Source of the DNA: Giardia intestinalis
Taxonomy: Eukaryota
Strand: one strand, 5' to 3'
Length of the DNA stretch: 64,000 bases
Assembly: GCA_000002435.2 (NCBI GenBank)
Contig: CM018791.1
Part shown: positions 41,123-51,359 of the stretch, piece after piece
Numbering within the stretch: position 1 is the stretch's first letter
Layout: each line of letters opens with the position of its first letter
Translations under genes and position numbers: made by a program
Notes under the pieces: model-generated
Told to the model about the DNA's origin: nothing
Seen by the model: only the letters and a program-made list of their open reading frames with translations
Databases searched by the model: none

Positions 41123-42974
41123 GTGTTCGCATGTGCCTCTGGGGTCAGTGGGTCAGTGAGGTGGTGGCTGTGGTGACTGGGGGCTATCCATCTATGATTC
41201 ACCCCTCTGTGGACTCGTGGTCTGTGAGTGCCTCCACCCAGACAGCACCCCAGGAGCCGGAGAGTGGTGCCAGCCTAGCTGCCCTCCCTCCTCGGTGCCT
41301 CCCAGTGCAGACTCACCGGAGGCCACTACCCTGTCAGCCACCCAAAGGAGCCGTGCACACCGGGACAGAGAGGATGACCAAGGGGGTCAAGCAGCCCTGC
41401 CACGAGGGTGCACAGCAACCAGCATGAGATGTAGGGTCTGCTCGAGCGATGTAGTGGCAGACGACTCCCTCTGACAGCGACCCTGGTGACTGCACTGGTC
41501 TGCTCTCGAGGCTGAGTGACAGTGTGCACAGATGGACATGAGTGCAGGAGGACCGTCCACACACGGACAGACTGTGTGGACCCAGAGAGGACTGGAGTCT
41601 GCTCGGGACACGCTGACTGTGTGCCCATACGAGAGTGCCAGGCAACTACTCAAGCACCGAGAGGCAGGTACAGACACGGGCACTAGAGATCCCCAGCCAG
41701 ACACATTGCTATGCTCATCCACAGGGGCATCAGAGGGCCAGGTGGAGTCACCCTCACAGTTAGGGCCTGATAGGAAGCCAGAGGACTCAAACACTACAGC
41801 AGGCCCAAGGGAGGCACACTCCAGGCAGGTGAGCAGTGGCAGAGCCTTGATAGCTGCCATCCACCCCCATGACACCCAGGCAGGCACCAGACTCCGAAGA
41901 CTCGCTGGCCTCGACTGATGACCCGAGGGGGCAGCAGCCAGAGGAGTGAGGAGGCCTTCGGACACCACAAGAGGCCGGCTGTCCAGCAGGCTATGAGGCA
42001 GACAGGTGGCCTCTGAGCACCATAAGGCACAGGAGCCGACCATCATGAGTGATGCCCGATCACAGAGATGACCACGAGCGCCCTCCACCGCACTCTGGGG
42101 GGCTGTCGATCATCCCACTGCCTCTCATAGCAGACCTCCTTGGGGGCAGTGCAGTGGGTCCCAGCTCATACAGGAGGGTGTGTGCCCCCCTCAGTATAGG
42201 ATGCCCCGACTCTTCCCGAGGGGTCATCAGAGCCACGAGGAGGGGTCAAGGTCCTGGTGGATCACACCGGGAACCCCTCGAATGGGCACAGCAGGTGATG
42301 TTGGGTGACCCTCAGCGTGCTCCTCTCTGCATGGTAGAGCATCCTGAGACCAAGGAAGCTCACCCCTGCCTACGGATGACACACAGCGCTCCACAACGAG
42401 GACCCACCAGGAGCAGCACAGCTGACCACGGGGGCAGTGCAGCCACCCGGTACCCCACCATGCCAGTCTTCTGGGCCATCACACTAGAGGCCTGAGAGAA
42501 CCCCATCCCATCCACAGGGTCATCCACACCCCTGCTGGCCCGAGGTGAACTGCACCCATCGAGGCACTGGACAGGGCATGCTGGGGGCCCAGCAGATCCA
42601 CACAGAGCATCAGCACAGAGCATCAGCGAGTAGCAGGAGAGGCTGCGATGGCCTGCCTCAGCCCTCACGTACCAGCCAGCCAGAGGCAGTACTACCCGAG
42701 ACATGCAGGGGCCAAGGGAGGCGCTCAGTCAGGGGACATGACACAATCGTCGGTGCCTGTGTCTCGGGGAGTGCAACGCAGGCTGGGGATCAGACGCAAC
42801 CACCTTGGCAAACAGAGAGGGGATCACCCACCACCCCACTGGCCCACCAGACCCAGGGGCACATACAAGCACCCCCACCCGGTCCCCCGGTCCCACCAGC
42901 CTCACCGCCTCAGCAACCCCTCCTCACCCACCAGCCGGCCCGCTATGGAACCTACGTGACCGTGACCGTGGGAG
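41123..42974. other. GC-rich (~60-63%), T-depleted spacer of the palindrome; no credible coding capacity
   Basis: T is only ~10-18% on the + strand in sampled 60-nt lines (e.g. 42781-42840 has 6 T). Long ORFs occur in several frames simultaneously, a composition artefact. Arm homology decays gradually into it. Confidence 0.5.
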
Positions 42975-43382
42975 CGCTGACCCAGAACCACAGCTGCCCG
43001 GACACCGAGGGGCCCAGCCAGTGGAGAGCCCGATGGCAGCCCCTGGCAGACGGGGCATCTAAAAAAGGATGGTGACCGGAGCTTCACCCACCACGAAGAA
43101 AGACTAAGGAGAGGCGCCACCGGTAGAGCAGAGAGTCTGCAAGAAGGCCTGAACCCCTAAAGGACCGACGTGCATACTCAGACTGAGCACACCTCTGCGG
43201 AACAACTGAGGGACGCAAAAGACTCCTGGTATACAAGTGAAGGGAGATCCCTATTATATCATCCACAGCCAACCCTCGTCTCTGAACTGGCCAGGAAGGA
43301 GCGATGATTACCCGCACGATCTCTGGACCAGGTCCTCAAGTGAGCCCAGCAGCACATTTATATGAGCCATATACAGTGACGC

Positions 43383-43389
43383 GTTTACT
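43383..43389 (-). promoter_or_regulatory. Poly(A) signal AGTAAAC (minus strand) of short VSP copy
   Basis: Mirror image of the 40620-40626 element. Confidence 0.7.
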
Positions 43390-43401
43390 ACCTAAGTACA
43401 T

Positions 43402-43788
43402 CTACGCTTTCCCCCTACATATGAACCACCAGCAAAGGAAGCCGACGAGCCCTCCTACAACGATGACAGCAGCCACAGCGATGCCTGCTATGGCGCCGGT
43501 AGAAAGACCGCTACTCTTATTAGTATTAGAAGGCTCGCACTGGCCCTGGGCGTTCGGCCTGTATCCTCCGTTGCACTCGCACACGCTCTCCTTAGGGGTG
43601 GAGTTCGCCGGGCAGCCGACTCCGCATTTCTTTCCGCCAGGCTGCACCTTGTTCTCTTGGGGATTACACGTAAGGCACGTCTGTCCGTCGTTCTCTCCTG
43701 TGCATGTCGCACACCCGGCGCCGATCAGCGCGGGCGCACACACCGCGGCTTGTACAGCTATACAACTTGCGAGAAGTACTAGTAACAT
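43402..43788 (-). CDS. Variant-specific surface protein, single-repeat paralogue of the 34146-40607 VSP (128 aa)
   Basis: Same signal peptide, one 70-aa Cys-rich unit, same TM and CRGKA tail. Identical to the long copy apart from repeat number. Confidence 0.88.
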   Translation of the reverse strand: MLLVLLASCIAVQAAVCAPALIGAGCATCTGENDGQTCLTCNPQENKVQPGGKKCGVGCPANSTPKESVCECNGGYRPNAQGQCEPSNTNKSSGLSTGAIAGIAVAAVIVVGGLVGFLCWWFICRGKA

Positions 43789-46175
43789 TGGAGTTAGGAT
43801 CTGTAATTAATTGGTACTTTCTTCACTCAGATGTATAGATTGGTCCATGAATGAGAAGAGCTTAAATTGGCAGCGTCTTTCTGTAACTTAGTTAATTAAA
43901 GAAGCTTAGAATCGGGGGCGTATTGCTACTGGGAAGCGACCAATATCATAGATTTATCTCTTGATTTAAATAAGAGTAAGGCTAGTTAATACAAAGTTAG
44001 ACTCAAACATTACACATAGTACGAGGAGCTCATAGTATGCCTGTGGTCATATCTTTTCTGCCCCTCCTACTGACGTTATTGGCTTCCTCTGCTGGAAAAG
44101 GCGTAGACTCACGCTTAGCTGTAAACGCGTCTCCTACTACTCCATCGCGGGCATGTTGTCTGCTCCATGCGAGTCGCGCACCAATATCTGAACAGACAAT
44201 GGACATCTGAATCTGCAATGCTCCGGCTCATATAAGGGTGCCTCGCTTGTCGCCGGCTTCTCCTAGTGGCTACCCACCTAATCGCTCTCGACCTTCTCTA
44301 CATAATCAGCCACATCGTTGTACTTCTTTGCACCTTAATACGATCCTCATCAGTCCAGACAATCCAGAACATCCTACTCGCAGAGAGGAATATACCGTCA
44401 AAGCATAGTTTCTATGAGGCGCTATCGAGATAGTTTGTATAGCTGCCTCATTATAGTTAAGGAGAGCACAGCCTACTGACAAGATCAGGCTGGATGCAAG
44501 TAAGGGCTGTGTGTGAGATATGCTGAGAAGGATGTGTGTATGCGATCAACATGCCCTATATTTGGCTGCAGATAGCTACAGGCTACGCTCTTTCGGGGCT
44601 TATTCATTAATGTGTAGATGACTTCTAAAGTCCTTAGTGATGAGATACATCACTCCCAGTAGTGCACACATACTGGATGTCTTCAACAGAGACTGCCATT
44701 AAACTCCTTGAGGCTGGCTGCTTTAAAAGTGACACCCCTGCATTCTTGTTGAGTGCAGCAGTACGCTGATATATCCTGCATGAATATCCATCACAAATAG
44801 ACAACTCTATGAATAAAGCCAAAGAAGATCAGATGATGAAGTCGAGACAGTTGGCAGAAGAAATCAGAGTGCATTAGAAAGCTCATAAGATCGAGAAGCT
44901 AAGCATAATGACTAGATAAGGGCTGTGTGCACAATCTTCGATCGGTATCGCCGAGCAAGATGCTGATGCGTGCTATTGCTTTACGTTTGAGTTGCGACTG
45001 AGGTAGCTCAACAACAAATTAGGGCTGCCACAATTGCTTATCTATCCGCAAATATACCATGGCAATGACAGTGCAGCAGATAGGAATGTTCACAGGGACA
45101 TCATGAGTATTATCGCTAGAAGTCCTATTCCAACAACCTTCTATGGCTTCATGAGCATGCTCACAGCAATTCTTTCGATAGAATGTCGATTATAGAAACG
45201 CAGCCATGGATTGTAAAGTTGCTCTGCAGAAGTGATGTTCCCTCTCTTCACCTTTTACGCAAGGGACTAATGCAAACAGTTTGCCTCCCGGTAGCAACAA
45301 GATGTGCAGCACAGAGTGTATGGCCCCTTGTGTGCATCAGATCAGAGCTTAAGAGTAGAGCCGAACGGCTGTCTGCTTGTCTTGCGACGAAGGCATGGGC
45401 AAAAGCTCTGCCACACTTTATGGAATTAGCCTTAAGGTGAGTGGTGGTTATGTGCCTAGTGCCTTGGAAGCCTGGTACGCACAGTATAGGACAGACTCGA
45501 TCAGGTGTTCAGGATACGTGGAGTAGGGTTGACATTGCAGTGGGCTTGCATCAAAGAGCGTGGCGGGCTGTGTCCCAACCTCAGAAAGAGTAGTGCGGTC
45601 TAAAATAGAGAGAAGTAGGAGGTGCTTTATTGCAAGTACGTCTTAACAAAATAGCAGAGAGGCTCTTCTGCACGCTGTCAAGAGCAGTACAAGCTCTCCG
45701 CTAGCGCAAGACCGTTCCACGCATCAACTCTATTAGCTATGTAAAAGGCCGTCAGAAAAGCGAGACGGCGCCTAGCTGTCTGCGAGTAAAGCCTTCAGGG
45801 TTTAAAGCATGGGAGGGCAAGGCCCGGTCTGGAGAGCGTCCTGCTGGCCAGGCAGGCCGGGCATCGGTCGAGCCAGCAGGTGGGCTCCAAACCCACTGCG
45901 TTGGCTTCAAACTCTCCGCACAGGGGCACGCCTGAGGGGCCCGCAAGCCCCTGGTGCAGAGGACGGGGCCTGCTGGTGTTGTGGTCACGACAGTGGCTCT
46001 GGTGTACTCCAGGAGCGGCCACCGCAGGGCTGGTCGGGCCGTGTGAGCAGGGTTCTGCGGAGCCCGAGTAGAGTCTGTTCTGTGTGTATGGCCACTCAGA
46101 GGCAGTGGCCTAACGATATTCATCGACCTACTAACTAGTAAACCCGATAAAGAGCCGGTTGGAATACGCAAATAC

Positions 46176-47228
46176 GTGCATAAGAGCAAAATGTTGTGTT
46201 CAGACCAAAATTTGCATGGTCGAGACCTCGCTTCAGTAACATCCCCTCTGAGACTCGTGGGTGAGGGTGGGAGGCGCCTTGTTTTTCGCAGGAACAAGGA
46301 GCTGATCTTAATCTCCAAGGTCTCTGCAGCCTCCGACGAAAGCTTCGAACAGACCATAGGCGGCCTCTTTCCGCTCTTTCCTTGGAAGCCGAGTCGCATA
46401 ACTGAAAGTTTATCTCAAGAACTTAACGCATTTCCTCTGCAAGTCCGTGCAAAAAGATATGCTGGAACGGCATTTCCCAGACCAAGCCCTGGGGAGACAT
46501 GCCTGAGCTACACCGGAGTGCATGATCTGCTTACTGTGGTATGCATTAAGCCACACTTTCCCAGCAAAGGAGGTTGGATCGAAAGTTTTTCATTACAAAG
46601 GAAAACAGATGCCGGACAGCACTTCTGTGATTGCTTGGCTCGTGGTGCATTTTACAAAGCGTGTGCTAGCAAGGATAGACTTGTCCACTGGCTCAACACG
46701 GCGTATATCTGCGGTCTCAACCACGGTAGCAACCACCTAACCGTTTACGACTTTGCATCTGATGCTTCTGCGCTCTCCTCCAGTGAGACCGATAAACTAT
46801 TTGGCGCAGTAGCTTGTGCATTAACAGGAGGAAACAATAGTGTTTGCATTCAAATCTACAAGTTGATACATATGTTAGAGGCTCTTCAGCGCGTCTCTTC
46901 TTCAACGCACTTACAAAATGTGGTATCGGCAAAAGAATATGCACACTTTTCCAGCAATTATAGAACTCTAAGCCATAGAGCTATCGAGATTGCTATACAG
47001 CTCTACGCCGGTGGAAAGCTTCCACCTTATGACAATCTCCCATACGTGGACAAGCTCGTCTGCATCCTTCTTTTTAAAACTCTTTCCGATGCATCGCTGC
47101 TCTTCTACCTCTCTAAATCTGACGAGAAGGTTCAATGGTATCTAACGGACCTTGCATTGAAGTCTGCCGAAAGAGTTGGAAAATGGGCATTCGCATCAGC
47201 AGCAAACGATAAGCACAGGGAGCAGTAG
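46176..47228 (+). CDS. hypothetical protein (350 aa)
   Basis: First gene outside the right palindrome arm. Complete ORF. Confidence 0.4.
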   Translation: MHKSKMLCSDQNLHGRDLASVTSPLRLVGEGGRRLVFRRNKELILISKVSAASDESFEQTIGGLFPLFPWKPSRITESLSQELNAFPLQVRAKRYAGTAFPRPSPGETCLSYTGVHDLLTVVCIKPHFPSKGGWIESFSLQRKTDAGQHFCDCLARGAFYKACASKDRLVHWLNTAYICGLNHGSNHLTVYDFASDASALSSSETDKLFGAVACALTGGNNSVCIQIYKLIHMLEALQRVSSSTHLQNVVSAKEYAHFSSNYRTLSHRAIEIAIQLYAGGKLPPYDNLPYVDKLVCILLFKTLSDASLLFYLSKSDEKVQWYLTDLALKSAERVGKWAFASAANDKHREQ

Positions 47229-47702
47229 AGCAACCGGAACCGTGTAGGTTTTATTAGGGAACTCCAGACCATACACTTCCGACGTATCGTTTGTGGAAAG
47301 TAAGTATAGGATAGGCCATGTATTCGATATCGTAAAGACCTGGAACGGTCGTAACATAATCCTACTTCTGCGAGCGATTGATGCGACCAAGATTGTGGGT
47401 AAATAATGTGCTATAATATGTTCTGGATTTGCAAATCTATCTGGCCAGTAAAATAGAACCCCGACGGACATGGCAGATGACGAGCCGAGGCACTGTAGGG
47501 AAAGTGTTGTGATGAACCTTCTGATACGGGCTGTCTCTGGTGCTGCAGCGAGTAGGAAGAAGAATAGAGATAACATAACCCAGGTCGATGTGCAAAAGTA
47601 ATTAAGGGCACTGACACCGTTATCGCGGGTAACCTTGATTACCAGAAAGCTATAGAAGAGACTGAGCAACCCAGAGAGAAGGCGGAACAAGAAAAGTGTC
47701 AT
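47196..47702 (-). CDS. hypothetical small membrane protein (168 aa)
   Basis: Several hydrophobic helices (LFLFRLLSGLLSLFYSFLVI, VMLSLFFFLLAAA, ALLLPVLIVCC). Overlaps the 3' end of the previous gene by 33 bp. Confidence 0.3.
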   Translation of the reverse strand: MTLFLFRLLSGLLSLFYSFLVIKVTRDNGVSALNYFCTSTWVMLSLFFFLLAAAPETARIRRFITTLSLQCLGSSSAMSVGVLFYWPDRFANPEHIIAHYLPTILVASIARRSRIMLRPFQVFTISNTWPILYLLSTNDTSEVYGLEFPNKTYTVPVALLLPVLIVCC

Positions 47703-47707
47703 CTATT

Positions 47708-49057
47708 TTACTTTTTCACCCCCATCCCACTTGTGCTCAGGAAGCGCTGAAGCGCCTCTCGAAGCTCACGATTTTCCCGCTCAAGAAGAACGCTTTCTCT
47801 TTCGAGGGCCAATCGGTCAATACTTACTCTGCTCAACTTCTTATAGATTGAGCGAAGCTCGCCCACGGCCACCATCGCATCCTTTCCCAGAAAATTATCC
47901 CCTACATTTAGGTAAGATGTGGTCACCATCTCGTCGTGTTTGCACTCGTCGTTTATGTGCCTATTCGTCTCATCATCTATTCTATCTACTTCGTTCACCC
48001 GCTCAGCCTCTGTTTCTAGTCGTGTGCACAGTGTCGATACTCTTATGATTTTATTAGCGCTCTCCTTGAGTGATATGATTCGGTCCTCTGCCTCGTGTGC
48101 AGCCAGAACTAGAGCTTTCATCCGTCCTGTCTCAGAGTTGCGATAGGCGGTCAACTTCTTTTTAAGCTCTACAAACTCCAGGTAGGTGGCCTCTTTCTCC
48201 TTTTTGAGAAGGGCATTCTTGGCTCTAAACTCCTCTGTTGTGGTTTGGATCTTGGCTCTCCAGTGCGCAATCGCCTTGGACAATCTCTCAATTTTCTGCT
48301 TCTGCCTCTCGATCGCCAAGGAAGACTGTTGATCCTTCAATAAAAGAACCTTAAACTGGTGTTGCTTGGTGTCCGTGTTTGCGCGATACTTTTCGTGGGC
48401 GTCGAGGAGGTGCCGTTCCAAATCAGCGTTTATTTCTTCAAGATTTAAACGCAGAACATTGCATGTTTCTTGGCTCTGATTCTTTAATTCTGATATCTTG
48501 CTGGAGTATGAGGAGTTCAGTTGCTGAATAAGTTGGTCTTCTTGCTCTTGAGTGGAGCTTTTGATTTCTTGAAGCAGGCGCTCTCGTGCGTCATAGCTTT
48601 TCTTGAGAGCTGCTATTTCTTGGTCAAACTGCGCCTGGAGCCTGGTGATATTATCTTCCAGGGATTCTTCAAATAGAGCACTTCGCTCCTGGAGCAGCGC
48701 AAGGATGCCGTCCATGGTTGAAAGATGTGTCCTGATGCACCGTCGACGTTGTTCTTCCGCAATAGATATGTATCTAGATAAAAGTGTGATAAACGCGTCC
48801 TTCCTATCTACTTGATGGTCAAAGTCTTGAATCAATGACTCTATTTGCTTGATAAGCTCGGTCTTCTTAACCGATCGGAGGCGGTCGCGCCAGATAGACT
48901 GGATTTTGGCCCTATTTACAGCGCATATCCCCGCTTCTGCTTGGACCATATTTGTTATTGCGGTAGCGTACTTTGCATGTATCTCATTTCTTCGCTCATC
49001 CTGAAGCTGTCGCTGGAGCTCTAGCTGGGCTGCAGGGTCCAGTCCTGCATCAAACAT
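47708..49057 (-). CDS. Coiled-coil flagellar protein, CCDC65/DRC2-like (449 aa)
   Basis: AKIQSIWRDRLRSVKKTELIKQIESLIQDFDHQVDRKDAFITLLSRYISIAEEQ parallels the conserved N-terminal block of nexin-dynein regulatory complex subunit 2, as recalled from memory. Remainder is heptad coiled coil. Confidence 0.4.
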   Translation of the reverse strand: MFDAGLDPAAQLELQRQLQDERRNEIHAKYATAITNMVQAEAGICAVNRAKIQSIWRDRLRSVKKTELIKQIESLIQDFDHQVDRKDAFITLLSRYISIAEEQRRRCIRTHLSTMDGILALLQERSALFEESLEDNITRLQAQFDQEIAALKKSYDARERLLQEIKSSTQEQEDQLIQQLNSSYSSKISELKNQSQETCNVLRLNLEEINADLERHLLDAHEKYRANTDTKQHQFKVLLLKDQQSSLAIERQKQKIERLSKAIAHWRAKIQTTTEEFRAKNALLKKEKEATYLEFVELKKKLTAYRNSETGRMKALVLAAHEAEDRIISLKESANKIIRVSTLCTRLETEAERVNEVDRIDDETNRHINDECKHDEMVTTSYLNVGDNFLGKDAMVAVGELRSIYKKLSRVSIDRLALERESVLLERENRELREALQRFLSTSGMGVKK

Positions 49058-49228
49058 TTTTTGGGACCGTTTTTTGTTCTCACGACTTTCACTATCCTAT
49101 ACTCTGTTAATAAGACTGATTCGTTGACGAGAAAAGTTGGCTACTCTCTTGCCCTGCTCTCTCCAGAAGATGCAGCAATCTTAGAGGCCGCAGCAAGAGT
49201 CAGCAGTGTCAAGCGTGCAGTTAATGAC

Positions 49229-51337
49229 ATGAAATACGCCGAGATGACGTCGAAGTGGCTCCGTCCATGCTTTACACGGCCTCGTAGATATTCCACTGCT
49301 GCAGAATTCCTCCTTTGTCCCGACCCTTTTCATCCTCTACCTCTGCGCAACAAAGGGCGGCCTCAAAGCGTGCCTTCTATTGCCAGATATCCTTACTTGT
49401 CGCTTCTAGATATCCACAAGACATTAACCCTTAGTATAGCATCTATTCCAGTCGTTAGTAATAGGCCAGCTCCTGTGTATCACATGTCCCAGCCCAATGA
49501 TACACTGCTTCTAGGATCTAATTATCCGGCTGCTATGCAGAGTGGTACGACCAGATGCGACAATGAACCGAGATCCCCCCGAGTCCCACTGCAGCATGAG
49601 AGGATTCTCGCTATGCTTGATAACTGTGATAACCATACCAACCTTCTTGCGCAAGTGGAGAGTCTCCGACGATACTTTCCTTTAACGCTGACAACTATGG
49701 CAGCAGGGACCGTGGAAAGTTTACTTCTCTCTGCAAAGACATCCAGCTATACGGGGACAAGTGCAAGCTCCGGATCGAGCAATCCTTCTGCTAGAATGTC
49801 TCTTTCTGGTATGATGAGATCATCAATTCCTAAGAACCCAGCAGCTCCTCCCATGGACATTTACCAAAATGTTACCGACTCTACCACCTCGTTCAAGGGA
49901 ATGACATCGAGTGAGCACAGCAGCAAACCTGCTGAAGTACCTGTTGGTGAGATCCTGTCCAGTTCTCTTCACAGTTCTGATGTAACTTGCAGTGTCAACA
50001 CAGCTCCTCTTTCACCCTCTCTCGTATGCAATGAAAAGTCGAACTCACACATGCACGCACTTAACGAAAGAGGCGATAAGTGCGTGGGATCACTGTCTGA
50101 GATTTTTGCTAACTGCAGTGGCTCAAAACAGACTTCTCTACTTGTTCCTTTTGTCTTGGGGACTGATAGACTTGGCATTCTTGCAGAATATAAGCAGGAC
50201 TCAAGTACTCGCAAAAAACTTCTGCGCTGGCCAGGTAGAAACGTTTTGTCTCTTCTTTCAGATAAGGTATACATGGGAGACCCCTATCACCTTTTAGTTC
50301 TACCAAACAGTGGTTCTGAGCCTTCTTCTCCGGAACGTCCCTTGTTTCAAGCTGGCATGCCTCCTGAAGCTCACGTATTTCCATGTTATTGGGAAGGAAC
50401 GATAGAGAACCGTACAGCGGCGTATACTGTGGTATCCATTAATGGCTATCACGTAAGGCTTATAACCTTAACCTCTCCCTCCGTTTATGAGAGGTTCGCT
50501 CCAAGCTTCAATCCCGTCCATTCTGTGCAGTTCAACCGCACTGCAAAGTTGATTTCTAATGCGGCACGTTATACATGCATTTGGCGATTAAAAGCTCCAG
50601 AATTTACTTTTAGGTCTGATAAGAATGAGGAGAGGGATTTTATCAAAAGTCATGGGACCGGTGTTGTAGCGCAAGTTGAACAGCAATTGCTCTTGCACGC
50701 ATCTAGAGCGACAAGCATAGCATTCTCAAGATACTCTGCGACTCTAGATGCTTCTACTCAACAATGCGTACACCCGGCTTCTGGTGCTGATACTAGCTAT
50801 TCGGATATTGAGCCTCTGCTTTCGCTACGATCTGCCAACCAATCTCCTTTTATGGAGCAAACTGATGGCACCTCCACCTTCCCTGTAGGTCGCAGTAACC
50901 ACGTTAACGTGTCAAGCTCAGCGCAGTCAGACTTGTCTTCAATTTTGAACCTCGATACATCCAGTCAAGACACCCTATCTTCGGCAGTTACGTTGACAGG
51001 TTCTCAACCTAGATCCTCTAGTACTTCCCATTGTACCATACCTGCTACTCTCGACGAGCTCTTCAGGAAGCCTCTCCGCTCCAAAGAGTGTCTTAGGCAG
51101 AGTGCCTCCAGGCAGCTACTTCAGTATGCATGCTGGAGTTCACCACTAAGCAGAGCAGTCCCCTCTCTTTCACAGCAGCTTGCCGTTTCTAGTTCAAGGC
51201 CTTCAACACTACCGTCTGCTGAGAGCTTATCCGTTCTTGGGTGTAACCGTAGTAGGCCAGACGCACATAAGTACGCCAAACGAAGAGAGCACATGTTCAA
51301 GGTCGCTTATGAAATGGGGCTTAGCCGCAAGGTATGA
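49229..51337 (+). CDS. hypothetical S/T-rich protein (about 700 aa)
   Basis: The ORF is open from 49061, but that codon is TTG. The first in-frame ATG is at 49229. Low-complexity serine-rich sequence. Confidence 0.35.
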   Translation: MKYAEMTSKWLRPCFTRPRRYSTAAEFLLCPDPFHPLPLRNKGRPQSVPSIARYPYLSLLDIHKTLTLSIASIPVVSNRPAPVYHMSQPNDTLLLGSNYPAAMQSGTTRCDNEPRSPRVPLQHERILAMLDNCDNHTNLLAQVESLRRYFPLTLTTMAAGTVESLLLSAKTSSYTGTSASSGSSNPSARMSLSGMMRSSIPKNPAAPPMDIYQNVTDSTTSFKGMTSSEHSSKPAEVPVGEILSSSLHSSDVTCSVNTAPLSPSLVCNEKSNSHMHALNERGDKCVGSLSEIFANCSGSKQTSLLVPFVLGTDRLGILAEYKQDSSTRKKLLRWPGRNVLSLLSDKVYMGDPYHLLVLPNSGSEPSSPERPLFQAGMPPEAHVFPCYWEGTIENRTAAYTVVSINGYHVRLITLTSPSVYERFAPSFNPVHSVQFNRTAKLISNAARYTCIWRLKAPEFTFRSDKNEERDFIKSHGTGVVAQVEQQLLLHASRATSIAFSRYSATLDASTQQCVHPASGADTSYSDIEPLLSLRSANQSPFMEQTDGTSTFPVGRSNHVNVSSSAQSDLSSILNLDTSSQDTLSSAVTLTGSQPRSSSTSHCTIPATLDELFRKPLRSKECLRQSASRQLLQYACWSSPLSRAVPSLSQQLAVSSSRPSTLPSAESLSVLGCNRSRPDAHKYAKRREHMFKVAYEMGLSRKV

Positions 51338-51359
51338 ACTGCCTTTGAACAACACAAGA

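Larger units (their letters stand above)
42975..45998. repeat. Right arm of large inverted repeat (palindrome)
   Basis: Reverse complement of the left arm. Distance from the outer boundary to the VSP ATG is 2210 bp in both arms. Confidence 0.9.

Noticed and set aside
41100-42980. Multiple 70-230 aa ORFs in the palindrome spacer (e.g. 41387-42088 -, 42049-42495 +, 42545-43075 +) and possible rDNA
   Set aside because: ORFs overlap in several frames and both strands because the + strand is T-poor, so stops are rare, and show no motifs. No SSU/LSU rRNA conserved blocks were recognised.
45752-46399. 215-aa minus-strand ORF, plus the mirrored ORFs 31802-32125 (-), 31895-32182 (+), 45809-46138 (+)
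   Set aside because: They straddle the palindrome outer boundaries in GC-rich sequence, their translations are P/R/G-rich low complexity, and they diverge exactly where arm identity ends.
49061-49228. Start of the 758-aa ORF at 49061, 3 bp from the divergent gene's ATG
   Set aside because: Codon at 49061 is TTG; the first in-frame ATG is at 49229, so the apparent 3-bp divergent spacing is probably an ORF-caller artefact.
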